DNA of 64,000 nucleotides, from the NCBI GenBank assembly GCA_964016885.1, contig OZ024743.1:233678001-233742000 (forward strand), given 5' to 3'. The position numbers and the translations under genes are program-made. Below the pieces are notes generated by a model. That model made no database searches, was not told where the DNA came from, and saw nothing but the letters and a program-made list of their open reading frames with translations. This document shows positions 27,695 through 42,000 of the stretch, in pieces. Each line of letters begins with the position of its first letter. The stretch's first letter is position 1. Source of the DNA: Eledone cirrhosa. Lineage: Eukaryota.

Positions 27695-30600
27695 TGCTGA
27701 AATTCACGCCACACATAGCCAATGAGTGTCTGCACATGTACAAGTAATTACAGATCGATCCGACCACGGGCGGCCGGCCCGCGATTGAAAAGGTAACTCC
27801 GCCGGCAAATCGTCATTTTTGGATTCGTTTTCTTCGAAGCACACCATTCGCCGGCGGACTTTGTTGACGTTTAACACGGTTTGGTTCCACAGCCACAACT
27901 ATTGATTTTACGGAGATATCTTGCTGAAATTCACGCCACACATAGCCAATGAGTGTCTGCACATGTACCAGTAATTACAGATCGATCCGACCACGGGCGG
28001 CCGGCCCGCGATTGAAAAGGTAACTCCGCCGGCAAATCGTCATTTTTGGATTCGTTTTCTTCGAAGCACACCATTCGCCGGCGGACTTTGTTGACGTTTA
28101 ACACGGTTTGGTTCCACAGCCACAACTATTGATTTTACGGAGATATCTTGCTGAAATTCACGCCACACATAGCCAATGAGTGTCCGCACATGTACCAGTA
28201 ATTACAGATCGATCCGACCACGGGCGGTCGGTTTGCGATTGAAAAGGTAACTCCGCCGGCAAATCGTCATTTTTGGATTCGTTTTCTTCGAAGCACACCA
28301 TTCGCCGGCTGACTTTGTTGACGTTTAACACGGTTTGGTTCCACAGCCACAACTATTGATTTTACGGAGATATCTTGCTGAAATTCACGCCACACATAGC
28401 CAATGAGTGTCTGCACATGTACCAGTAATTACAGATCGATCCGACCACGGGCGGTCGGTTTGCGATTGAAAAGGTAACTCCGCCGGCAAATCGTCATTTT
28501 TGGATTCGTTTTCTTCGAAGCACACCATTCGCCGGCGGACTTTGTTGACGTTTAACACGGTTTGGTTCCACAGCCACAACTATTGATTTTACGGAGATAT
28601 CTTGCTGAAATTCACGCCACACATAGCCAATGAGTGTCTGCACATGTACAAGTAATTACAGATCGATCCGACCACGGGCGGCCGGCCCGCGATTGAAAAG
28701 GTAACTCCGCCGGCAAATCGTCATTTTTGGATTCGTTTTCTTCGAAGCACACCATTCGCCGGCGGACTTTGTTGACGTTTAACACGGTTTGGTTCCACAG
28801 CCACAACTATTGATTTTACGGAGATATCTTGCTGAAATTCACGCCACACATAGCCAATGAGTGTCTGCACATGTACCAGTAATTACAGATCGATCCGACC
28901 ACGGGCGGCCGGCCCGCGATTGAAAAGGTAACTCCGCCGGCAAATCGTCATTTTTGGATTCGTTTTCTTCGAAGCACACCATTCGCCGGCTGACTTTGTT
29001 GACGTTTAACACGGTTTGGTTCCACAGCCACAACTATTGATTTTAAGGAGATATCTTGCTGAAATTCACGCCACACATAGCCAATGAGTGTCTGCACAGG
29101 TACCAGTAATTACAGATCGATCCGACCACGGGCGGCCGGTTTGCGATTGAAAAGGTAACTCCGCCGGCAAATCGTCATTTTTGGATTCGTTTTCTTCGAA
29201 GCACACCATTCGCCGGCTGACTTTGTTGACGTTTAACACGGTTTGGTTCCACAGCCACAACTATTGATTTTACGGAGATATCTTGCTGAAATTCACGCCA
29301 CACATAGCCAATGAGTGTCTGCACATGTATCAGTAATTACAGATCGATCCGACCACGGGCGGCCGGCCCGCGATTGAAAAGGTAACTCCGCCGGCAAATC
29401 GTCATTTTTGGATTCGTTTTCTTCGAAGCACACCATTCGCCGGCGGACTTTGTTGACGTTTAACACGGTTTGGTTCCACAGCCACAACTATTGATTTTAC
29501 GGAGATATCTTGCTGAAATTCACGCCACACATAGCCAATGAGTGTCCGCACATGTACCAGTAATTACAGATCGATCCGACCACGGGCGGTCGGTTTGCGA
29601 TTGAAAAGGTAACTCCGCCGGCAAATCGTCATTTTTGGATTCGTTTTCTTCGAAGCACACCATTCGCCGGCTGACTTTGTTGACGTTTAACACGGTTTGG
29701 TTCCACAGCCACAACTATTGATTTTACGGAGATATCTTGCTGAAATTCACGCCACACATAGCCAATGAGTGTCTGCACATGTACCAGTAATTACAGATCG
29801 ATCCGACCACGGGCGGTCGGTTTGCGATTGAAAAGGTAACTCCGCCGGCAAATCGTCATTTTTGGATTCGTTTTCTTCGAAGCACACCATTCGCCGGCGG
29901 ACTTTGTTGACGTTTAACACGGTTTGGTTCCACAGCCACAACTATTGATTTTACGGAGATATCTTGCTGAAATTCACGCCACACATAGCCAATGAGTGTC
30001 TGCACATGTACAAGTAATTACAGATCGATCCGACCACGGGCGGCCGGCCCGCGATTGGAAAGGTAACTCCGCCGGCAAATCGTCATTTTTGGATTCGTTT
30101 TCTTCGAAGCACACCATTCGCCGGCGGACTTTGTTGACGTTTAACACGGTTTGGTTCCACAGCCACAACTATTGATTTTACGGAGATATCTTGCTGAAAT
30201 TCACGCCACACATAGCCAATGAGTGTCTGCACATGTATCAGTAATTACAGATCGATCCGACCACGGGCGGCCGGCCCGCGATTGAAAAGGTAACTCCGCC
30301 GGCAAATCGTCATTTTTGGATTCGTTTTCTTCGAAGCACACCATTCGCCGGCGGACTTTGTTGACGTTTAACACGGTTTGGTTCCACAGCCACAACTATT
30401 GATTTTACGGAGATATCTTGCTGAAATTCACGCCACACATAGCCAATGAGTGTCTGCACATGTACAAGTAATTACAGATCGATCCGACCACGGGCGGCCG
30501 GCCCGCGATTGAAAAGGTAACTCCGCCGGCAAATCGTCATTTTTGGATTCGTTTTCTTCGAAGCACACCATTCGCCGGCGGACTTTGTTGACGTTTAACA

Positions 30601-33600
30601 CGGTTTGGTTCCACAGCCACAACTATTGATTTTACGGAGATATCTTGCTGAAATTCACGCCACACATAGCCAATGAGTGTCTGCACATGTACCAGTAATT
30701 ACAGATCGATCCGACCACGGGCGGCCGGCCCGCGATTGAAAAGGTAACTCCGCCGGCAAATCGTCATTTTTGGATTCGTTTTCTTCGAAGCACACCATTC
30801 GCCGGCGGACTTTGTTGACGTTTAACACGGTTTGGTTCCACAGCCACAACTATTGATTTTACGGAGATATCTTGCTGAAATTCACGCCACACATAGCCAA
30901 TGAGTGTCCGCACATGTACCAGTAATTACAGATCGATCCGACCACGGGCGGTCGGTTTGCGATTGAAAAGGTAACTCCGCCGGCAAATCGTCATTTTTGG
31001 ATTCGTTTTCTTCGAAGCACACCATTCGCCGGCTGACTTTGTTGACGTTTAACACGGTTTGGTTCCACAGCCACAACTATTGATTTTACGGAGATATCTT
31101 GCTGAAATTCACGCCACACATAGCCAATGAGTGTCTGCACATGTACAAGTAATTACAGATCGATCCGACCACGGGCGGCCGGCCCGCGATTGAAAAGGTA
31201 ACTCCGCCGGCAAATCGTCATTTTTGGATTCGTTTTCTTCGAAGCACACCATTCGCCGGCGGACTTTGTTGACGTTTAACACGGTTTGGTTCCACAGCCA
31301 CAACTATTGATTTTACGGAGATATCTTGCTGAAATTCACGCCACACATAGCCAATGAGTGTCTGCACATGTACCAGTAATTACAGATCGATCCGACCACG
31401 GGCGGCCGGCCCGCGATTGAAAAGGTAACTCCGCCGGCAAATCGTCATTTTTGGATTCGTTTTCTTCGAAGCACACCATTCGCCGGCGGACTTTGTTGAC
31501 GTTTAACACGGTTTGGTTCCACAGCCACAACTATTGATTTTACGGAGATATCTTGCTGAAATTCACGCCACACATAGCCAATGAGTGTCCGCACATGTAC
31601 CAGTAATTACAGATCGATCCGACCACGGGCGGTCGGTTTGCGATTGAAAAGGTAACTCCGCCGGCAAATCGTCATTTTTGGATTCGTTTTCTTCGAAGCA
31701 CACCATTCGCCGGCTGACTTTGTTGACGTTTAACACGGTTTGGTTCCACAGCCACAACTATTGATTTTACGGAGATATCTTGCTGAAATTCACGCCACAC
31801 ATAGCCAATGAGTGTCTGCACATGTACCAGTAATTACAGATCGATCCGACCACGGGCGGTCGGTTTGCGATTGAAAAGGTAACTCCGCCGGCAAATCGTC
31901 ATTTTTGGATTCGTTTTCTTCGAAGCACACCATTCGCCGGCGGACTTTGTTGACGTTTAACACGGTTTGGTTCCACAGCCACAACTATTGATTTTACGGA
32001 GATATCTTGCTGAAATTCACGCCACACATAGCCAATGAGTGTCTGCACATGTACAAGTAATTACAGATCGATCCGACCACGGGCGGCCGGCCCGCGATTG
32101 AAAAGGTAACTCCGCCGGCAAATCGTCATTTTTGGATTCGTTTTCTTCGAAGCACACCATTCGCCGGCGGACTTTGTTGACGTTTAACACGGTTTGGTTC
32201 CACAGCCACAACTATTGATTTTACGGAGATATCTTGCTGAAATTCACGCCACACATAGCCAATGAGTGTCTGCACATGTACCAGTAATTACAGATCGATC
32301 CGACCACGGGCGGCCGGCCCGCGATTGAAAAGGTAACTCCGCCGGCAAATCGTCATTTTTGGATTCGTTTTCTTCGAAGCACACCATTCGCCGGCTGACT
32401 TTGTTGACGTTTAACACGGTTTGGTTCCACAGCCACAACTATTGATTTTAAGGAGATATCTTGCTGAAATTCACGCCACACATAGCCAATGAGTGTCTGC
32501 ACAGGTACCAGTAATTACAGATCGATCCGACCACGGGCGGCCGGTTTGCGATTGAAAAGGTAACTCCGCCGGCAAATCGTCATTTTTGGATTCGTTTTCT
32601 TCGAAGCACACCATTCGCCGGCTGACTTTGTTGACGTTTAACACGGTTTGGTTCCACAGCCACAACTATTGATTTTACGGAGATATCTTGCTGAAATTCA
32701 CGCCACACATAGCCAATGAGTGTCTGCACATGTATCAGTAATTACAGATCGATCCGACCACGGGCGGCCGGCCCGCGATTGAAAAGGTAACTCCGCCGGC
32801 AAATCGTCATTTTTGGATTCGTTTTCTTCGAAGCACACCATTCGCCGGCGGACTTTGTTGACGTTTAACACGGTTTGGTTCCACAGCCACAACTATTGAT
32901 TTTACGGAGATATCTTGCTGAAATTCACGCCACACATAGCCAATGAGTGTCCGCACATGTACCAGTAATTACAGATCGATCCGACCACGGGCGGTCGGTT
33001 TGCGATTGAAAAGGTAACTCCGCCGGCAAATCGTCATTTTTGGATTCGTTTTCTTCGAAGCACACCATTCGCCGGCTGACTTTGTTGACGTTTAACACGG
33101 TTTGGTTCCACAGCCACAACTATTGATTTTACGGAGATATCTTGCTGAAATTCACGCCACACATAGCCAATGAGTGTCTGCACATGTACCAGTAATTACA
33201 GATCGATCCGACCACGGGCGGTCGGTTTGCGATTGAAAAGGTAACTCCGCCGGCAAATCGTCATTTTTGGATTCGTTTTCTTCGAAGCACACCATTCGCC
33301 GGCGGACTTTGTTGACGTTTAACACGGTTTGGTTCCACAGCCACAACTATTGATTTTACGGAGATATCTTGCTGAAATTCACGCCACACATAGCCAATGA
33401 GTGTCTGCACATGTACAAGTAATTACAGATCGATCCGACCACGGGCGGCCGGCCCGCGATTGGAAAGGTAACTCCGCCGGCAAATCGTCATTTTTGGATT
33501 CGTTTTCTTCGAAGCACACCATTCGCCGGCGGACTTTGTTGACGTTTAACACGGTTTGGTTCCACAGCCACAACTATTGATTTTACGGAGATATCTTGCT

Positions 33601-34958
33601 GAAATTCACGCCACACATAGCCAATGAGTGTCTGCACATGTATCAGTAATTACAGATCGATCCGACCACGGGCGGCCGGCCCGCGATTGAAAAGGTAACT
33701 CCGCCGGCAAATCGTCATTTTTGGATTCGTTTTCTTCGAAGCACACCATTCGCCGGCGGACTTTGTTGACGTTTAACACGGTTTGGTTCCACAGCCACAA
33801 CTATTGATTTTACGGAGATATCTTGCTGAAATTCACGCCACACATAGCCAATGAGTGTCTGCACATGTACAAGTAATTACAGATCGATCCGACCACGGGC
33901 GGCCGGCCCGCGATTGAAAAGGTAACTCCGCCGGCAAATCGTCATTTTTGGATTCGTTTTCTTCGAAGCACACCATTCGCCGGCGGACTTTGTTGACGTT
34001 TAACACGGTTTGGTTCCACAGCCACAACTATTGATTTTACGGAGATATCTTGCTGAAATTCACGCCACACATAGCCAATGAGTGTCTGCACATGTACCAG
34101 TAATTACAGATCGATCCGACCACGGGCGGCCGGCCCGCGATTGAAAAGGTAACTCCGCCGGCAAATCGTCATTTTTGGATTCGTTTTCTTCGAAGCACAC
34201 CATTCGCCGGCGGACTTTGTTGACGTTTAACACGGTTTGGTTCCACAGCCACAACTATTGATTTTACGGAGATATCTTGCTGAAATTCACGCCACACATA
34301 GCCAATGAGTGTCCGCACATGTACCAGTAATTACAGATCGATCCGACCACGGGCGGTCGGTTTGCGATTGAAAAGGTAACTCCGCCGGCAAATCGTCATT
34401 TTTGGATTCGTTTTCTTCGAAGCACACCATTCGCCGGCTGACTTTGTTGACGTTTAACACGGTTTGGTTCCACAGCCACAACTATTGATTTTACGGAGAT
34501 ATCTTGCTGAAATTCACGCCACACATAGCCAATGAGTGTCTGCACATGTACAAGTAATTACAGATCGATCCGACCACGGGCGGCCGGCCCGCGATTGAAA
34601 AGGTAACTCCGCCGGCAAATCGTCATTTTTGGATTCGTTTTCTTCGAAGCACACCATTCGCCGGCGGACTTTGTTGACGTTTAACACGGTTTGGTTCCAC
34701 AGCCACAACTATTGATTTTACGGAGATATCTTGCTGAAATTCACGCCACACATAGCCAATGAGTGTCTGCACATGTACCAGTAATTACAGATCGATCCGA
34801 CCACGGGCGGCCGGCCCGCGATTGAAAAGGTAACTCCGCCGGCAAATCGTCATTTTTGGATTCGTTTTCTTCGAAGCACACCATTCGCCGGCGGACTTTG
34901 TTGACGTTTAACACGGTTTGGTTCCACAGCCACAACTATTGATTTTACGGAGATATCT
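27695..34958. repeat. 15-monomer tandem duplication (3405 bp period), units 123-154
   Basis: Units 123-139 match units 138-154 type for type, including the T162+CCC units 128/143 and the A48+G94 units 133/148. Confidence 0.85.
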
Positions 34959-36093
34959 TGCTGAAATTCACGCCACACATAGCCAATGAGTCTCTGCACA
35001 TGTACCATTAATTACAGATCGATCCGACCACGGGCGGTCGGTTTGCGATTGAAAAGGTAACTCCGCCGGCAAATCGTCATTTTTGGATTCGTTTTCTTCG
35101 AAGCACACCATTCGCCGGCTGACTTTGTTGACGTTTAACACGGTTTGGTTCCACAGCCACAACTATTGATTTTAAGGAGATATCTTGCTGAAATTCACGC
35201 CACACATAGCCAATGAGTGTCTGCACAGGTACCAGTAATTACAGATCGATCCGACCACGGGCGGCCGGCCCGCGATTGAAAAGGTAACTCCGCCGGCAAA
35301 TCGTCATTTTTGGATTCGTTTTCTTCGAAGCACACCATTCGCCGGCGGACTTTGTTGACGTTTAACACGGTTTGGTTCCACAGCCACAACTATTGATTTT
35401 ACGGAGATATCTTCCTGAAATTCACGCCACACATAGCCAATGAGTGTCTGCACATGTACCAGTAATTACAGATCGATCCGACCACGGGCGGCCGGCCCGC
35501 GATTGAAAAGGTAACTCCGCCGGCAAATCGTCATTTTTGGATTCGTTTTCTTCGAAGCACACCATTCGCCGGCGGACTTTGTTGACGTTTAACACGGTTT
35601 GGTTCCACAGCCACAACTATTGATTTTACGGAGATATCTTGCTGAAATTCACGCCACACATAGCCAATGAGTGTCTGCACATGTACCAGTAATTACAGAT
35701 CGATCCGACCACGGGCGGTCGGTTTGCGATTGAAAAGGTAACTCCGCCGGCAAATCGTCATTTTTGGATTCGTTTTCTTCGAAGCACACCATTCGCCGGC
35801 TGACTTTGTTGACGTTTAACACGGTTTGGTTCCACAGCCACAACTATTGATTTTAAGGAGATATCTTGCTGAAATTCACGCCACACATAGCCAATGAGTG
35901 TCTGCACAGGTACCAGTAATTACAGATCGATCCGACCACGGGCGGCCGGTTTGCGATTGAAAAGGTAACTCCGCCGGCAAATCGTCATTTTTGGATTCGT
36001 TTTCTTCGAAGCACACCATTCGCCGGCTGACTTTGTTGACGTTTAACACGGTTTGGTTCCACAGCCACAACTATTGATTTTAAGGAGATATCT

Positions 36094-39000
36094 TGCTGAA
36101 ATTCACGCCACACATAGCCAATGAGTGTCTGCACAGGTACCAGTAATTACAGATCGATCCGACCACGGGCGGCCGGCCCGCGATTGAAAAGGTAACTCCG
36201 CCGGCAAATCGTCATTTTTGGATTCGTTTTCTTCGAAGCACACCATTCGCCGGCGGACTTTGTTGACGTTTAACACGGTTTGGTTCCACAGCCACAACTA
36301 TTGATTTTACGGAGATATCTTGCTGAAATTCACGCCACACATAGCCAATGAGTGTCTGCACATGTACCAGTAATTACAGATCGATCCGACCACGGGCGGC
36401 CGGCCCGCGATTGGAAAGGTAACTCCGCCGGCAAATCGTCATTTTTGGATTCGTTTTCTTCGAAGCACACCATTCGCCGGCGGACTTTGTTGACGTTTAA
36501 CACGGTTTGGTTCCACAGCCACAACTATTGATTTTACGGAGATATCTTGCTGAAATTCACGCCACACATAGCCAATGAGTGTCTGCACATGTATCAGTAA
36601 TTACAGATCGATCCGACCACGGGCGGCCGGCCCGCGATTGAAAAGGTAACTCCGCCGGCAAATCGTCATTTTTGGATTCGTTTTCTTCGAAGCACACCAT
36701 TCGCCGGCGGACTTTGTTGACGTTTAACACGGTTTGGTTCCACAGCCACAACTATTGATTTTACGGAGATATCTTGCTGAAATTCACGCCACACATAGCC
36801 AATGAGTGTCTGCACATGTACAAGTAATTACAGATCGATCCGACCACGGGCGGCCGGCCCGCGATTGAAAAGGTAACTCCGCCGGCAAATCGTCATTTTT
36901 GGATTCGTTTTCTTCGAAGCACACCATTCGCCGGCGGACTTTGTTGACGTTTAACACGGTTTGGTTCCACAGCCACAACTATTGATTTTACGGAGATATC
37001 TTGCTGAAATTCACGCCACACATAGCCAATGAGTGTCTGCACATGTACCAGTAATTACAGATCGATCCGACCACGGGCGGCCGGCCCGCGATTGAAAAGG
37101 TAACTCCGCCGGCAAATCGTCATTTTTGGATTCGTTTTCTTCGAAGCACACCATTCGCCGGCGGACTTTGTTGACGTTTAACACGGTTTGGTTCCACAGC
37201 CACAACTATTGATTTTACGGAGATATCTTGCTGAAATTCACGCCACACATAGCCAATGAGTGTCTGCACATGTATCAGTAATTACAGATCGATCCGACCA
37301 CGGGCGGCCGGCCCGCGATTGAAAAGGTAACTCCGCCGGCAAATCGTCATTTTTGGATTCGTTTTCTTCGAAGCACACCATTCGCCGGCGGACTTTGTTG
37401 ACGTTTAACACGGTTTGGTTCCACAGCCACAACTATTGATTTTACGGAGATATCTTGCTGAAATTCACGCCACACATAGCCAATGAGTGTCTGCACATGT
37501 ACAAGTAATTACAGATCGATCCGACCACGGGCGGCCGGCCCGCGATTGAAAAGGTAACTCCGCCGGCAAATCGTCATTTTTGGATTCGTTTTCTTCGAAG
37601 CACACCATTCGCCGGCGGACTTTGTTGACGTTTAACACGGTTTGGTTCCACAGCCACAACTATTGATTTTACGGAGATATCTTGCTGAAATTCACGCCAC
37701 ACATAGCCAATGAGTGTCTGCACATGTACCAGTAATTACAGATCGATCCGACCACGGGCGGCCGGCCCGCGATTGAAAAGGTAACTCCGCCGGCAAATCG
37801 TCATTTTTGGATTCGTTTTCTTCGAAGCACACCATTCGCCGGCGGACTTTGTTGACGTTTAACACGGTTTGGTTCCACAGCCACAACTATTGATTTTACG
37901 GAGATATCTTGCTGAAATTCACGCCACACATAGCCAATGAGTGTCTGCACATGTACCAGTAATTACAGATCGATCCGACCACGGGCGGTCGGTTTGCGAT
38001 TGAAAAGGTAACTCCGCCGGCAAATCGTCATTTTTGGATTCGTTTTCTTCGAAGCACACCATTCGCCGGCTGACTTTGTTGACGTTTAACACGGTTTGGT
38101 TCCACAGCCACAACTATTGATTTTAAGGAGATATCTTGCTGAAATTCACGCCACACATAGCCAATGAGTGTCTGCACAGGTACCAGTAATTACAGATCGA
38201 TCCGACCACGGGCGGCCGGCTTGCGATTGAAAAGGTAACTCCGCCGGCAAATCGTCATTTTTGGATTCGTTTTCTTCGAAGCACACCATTCGCCGGCTGA
38301 CTTTGTTGACGTTTAACACGGTTTGGTTCCACAGCCACAACTATTGATTTTAAGGAGATATCTTGCTGAAATTCACGCCACACATAGCCAATGAGTGTCT
38401 GCACAGGTACCAGTAATTACAGATCGATCCGACCACGGGCGGCCGGCCCGCGATTGAAAAGGTAACTCCGCCGGCAAATCGTCATTTTTGGATTCGTTTT
38501 CTTCGAAGCACACCATTCGCCGGCGGACTTTGTTGACGTTTAACACGGTTTGGTTCCACAGCCACAACTATTGATTTTACGGAGATATCTTGCTGAAATT
38601 CACGCCACACATAGCCAATGAGTGTCTGCACATGTACCAGTAATTACAGATCGATCCGACCACGGGCGGCCGGCCCGCGATTGGAAAGGTAACTCCGCCG
38701 GCAAATCGTCATTTTTGGATTCGTTTTCTTCGAAGCACACCATTCGCCGGCGGACTTTGTTGACGTTTAACACGGTTTGGTTCCACAGCCACAACTATTG
38801 ATTTTAAGGAGATATCTTGCTGAAATTCACGCCACACATAGCCAATGAGTGTCTGCACAGGTACCAGTAATTACAGATCGATCCGACCACGGGCGGCCGG
38901 CCCGCGATTGAAAAGGTAACTCCGCCGGCAAATCGTCATTTTTGGATTCGTTTTCTTCGAAGCACACCATTCGCCGGCGGACTTTGTTGACGTTTAACAC

Positions 39001-42000
39001 GGTTTGGTTCCACAGCCACAACTATTGATTTTACGGAGATATCTTGCTGAAATTCACGCCACACATAGCCAATGAGTGTCTGCACATGTACCAGTAATTA
39101 CAGATCGATCCGACCACGGGCGGCCGGCCCGCGATTGGAAAGGTAACTCCGCCGGCAAATCGTCATTTTTGGATTCGTTTTCTTCGAAGCACACCATTCG
39201 CCGGCGGACTTTGTTGACGTTTAACACGGTTTGGTTCCACAGCCACAACTATTGATTTTACGGAGATATCTTGCTGAAATTCACGCCACACATAGCCAAT
39301 GAGTGTCTGCACATGTATCAGTAATTACAGATCGATCCGACCACGGGCGGCCGGCCCGCGATTGAAAAGGTAACTCCGCCGGCAAATCGTCATTTTTGGA
39401 TTCGTTTTCTTCGAAGCACACCATTCGCCGGCGGACTTTGTTGACGTTTAACACGGTTTGGTTCCACAGCCACAACTATTGATTTTACGGAGATATCTTG
39501 CTGAAATTCACGCCACACATAGCCAATGAGTGTCTGCACATGTACAAGTAATTACAGATCGATCCGACCACGGGCGGCCGGCCCGCGATTGAAAAGGTAA
39601 CTCCGCCGGCAAATCGTCATTTTTGGATTCGTTTTCTTCGAAGCACACCATTCGCCGGCGGACTTTGTTGACGTTTAACACGGTTTGGTTCCACAGCCAC
39701 AACTATTGATTTTACGGAGATATCTTGCTGAAATTCACGCCACACATAGCCAATGAGTGTCTGCACATGTACCAGTAATTACAGATCGATCCGACCACGG
39801 GCGGCCGGCCCGCGATTGAAAAGGTAACTCCGCCGGCAAATCGTCATTTTTGGATTCGTTTTCTTCGAAGCACACCATTCGCCGGCGGACTTTGTTGACG
39901 TTTAACACGGTTTGGTTCCACAGCCACAACTATTGATTTTACGGAGATATCTTGCTGAAATTCACGCCACACATAGCCAATGAGTGTCTGCACATGTACC
40001 AGTAATTACAGATCGATCCGACCACGGGCGGTCGGTTTGCGATTGAAAAGGTAACTCCGCCGGCAAATCGTCATTTTTGGATTCGTTTTCTTCGAAGCAC
40101 ACCATTCGCCGGCTGACTTTGTTGACGTTTAACACGGTTTGGTTCCACAGCCACAACTATTGATTTTAAGGAGATATCTTGCTGAAATTCACGCCACACA
40201 TAGCCAATGAGTGTCTGCACAGGTACCAGTAATTACAGATCGATCCGACCACGGGCGGCCGGCCCGCGATTGAAAAGGTAACTCCGCCGGCAAATCGTCA
40301 TTTTTGGATTCGTTTTCTTCGAAGCACACCATTCGCCGGCGGACTTTGTTGACGTTTAACACGGTTTGGTTCCACAGCCACAACTATTGATTTTACGGAG
40401 ATATCTTGCTGAAATTCACGCCACACATAGCCAATGAGTGTCTGCACATGTACCAGTAATTACAGATCGATCCGACCACGGGCGGCCGGCCCGCGATTGG
40501 AAAGGTAACTCCGCCGGCAAATCGTCATTTTTGGATTCGTTTTCTTCGAAGCACACCATTCGCCGGCGGACTTTGTTGACGTTTAACACGGTTTGGTTCC
40601 ACAGCCACAACTATTGATTTTACGGAGATATCTTGCTGAAATTCACGCCACACATAGCCAATGAGTGTCTGCACATGTATCAGTAATTACAGATCGATCC
40701 GACCACGGGCGGCCGGCCCGCGATTGAAAAGGTAACTCCGCCGGCAAATCGTCATTTTTGGATTCGTTTTCTTCGAAGCACACCATTCGCCGGCGGACTT
40801 TGTTGACGTTTAACACGGTTTGGTTCCACAGCCACAACTATTGATTTTACGGAGATATCTTGCTGAAATTCACGCCACACATAGCCAATGAGTGTCTGCA
40901 CATGTACAAGTAATTACAGATCGATCCGACCACGGGCGGCCGGCCCGCGATTGAAAAGGTAACTCCGCCGGCAAATCGTCATTTTTGGATTCGTTTTCTT
41001 CGAAGCACACCATTCGCCGGCGGACTTTGTTGACGTTTAACACGGTTTGGTTCCACAGCCACAACTATTGATTTTACGGAGATATCTTGCTGAAATTCAC
41101 GCCACACATAGCCAATGAGTGTCTGCACATGTACCAGTAATTACAGATCGATCCGACCACGGGCGGCCGGCCCGCGATTGAAAAGGTAACTCCGCCGGCA
41201 AATCGTCATTTTTGGATTCGTTTTCTTCGAAGCACACCATTCGCCGGCGGACTTTGTTGACGTTTAACACGGTTTGGTTCCACAGCCACAACTATTGATT
41301 TTACGGAGATATCTTGCTGAAATTCACGCCACACATAGCCAATGAGTGTCTGCACATGTATCAGTAATTACAGATCGATCCGACCACGGGCGGCCGGCCC
41401 GCGATTGAAAAGGTAACTCCGCCGGCAAATCGTCATTTTTGGATTCGTTTTCTTCGAAGCACACCATTCGCCGGCGGACTTTGTTGACGTTTAACACGGT
41501 TTGGTTCCACAGCCACAACTATTGATTTTACGGAGATATCTTGCTGAAATTCACGCCACACATAGCCAATGAGTGTCTGCACATGTACAAGTAATTACAG
41601 ATCGATCCGACCACGGGCGGCCGGCCCGCGATTGAAAAGGTAACTCCGCCGGCAAATCGTCATTTTTGGATTCGTTTTCTTCGAAGCACACCATTCGCCG
41701 GCGGACTTTGTTGACGTTTAACACGGTTTGGTTCCACAGCCACAACTATTGATTTTACGGAGATATCTTGCTGAAATTCACGCCACACATAGCCAATGAG
41801 TGTCTGCACATGTACCAGTAATTACAGATCGATCCGACCACGGGCGGCCGGCCCGCGATTGAAAAGGTAACTCCGCCGGCAAATCGTCATTTTTGGATTC
41901 GTTTTCTTCGAAGCACACCATTCGCCGGCGGACTTTGTTGACGTTTAACACGGTTTGGTTCCACAGCCACAACTATTGATTTTACGGAGATATCTTGCTG

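Larger units (their letters stand above)
12032..37682. repeat. Large block, copy A (units 54-166), paralogous to 43358-64000
   Basis: The order of monomer types is collinear with units 192-282, and the A202 marker occurs only at 21994 and 51277. Confidence 0.85.
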
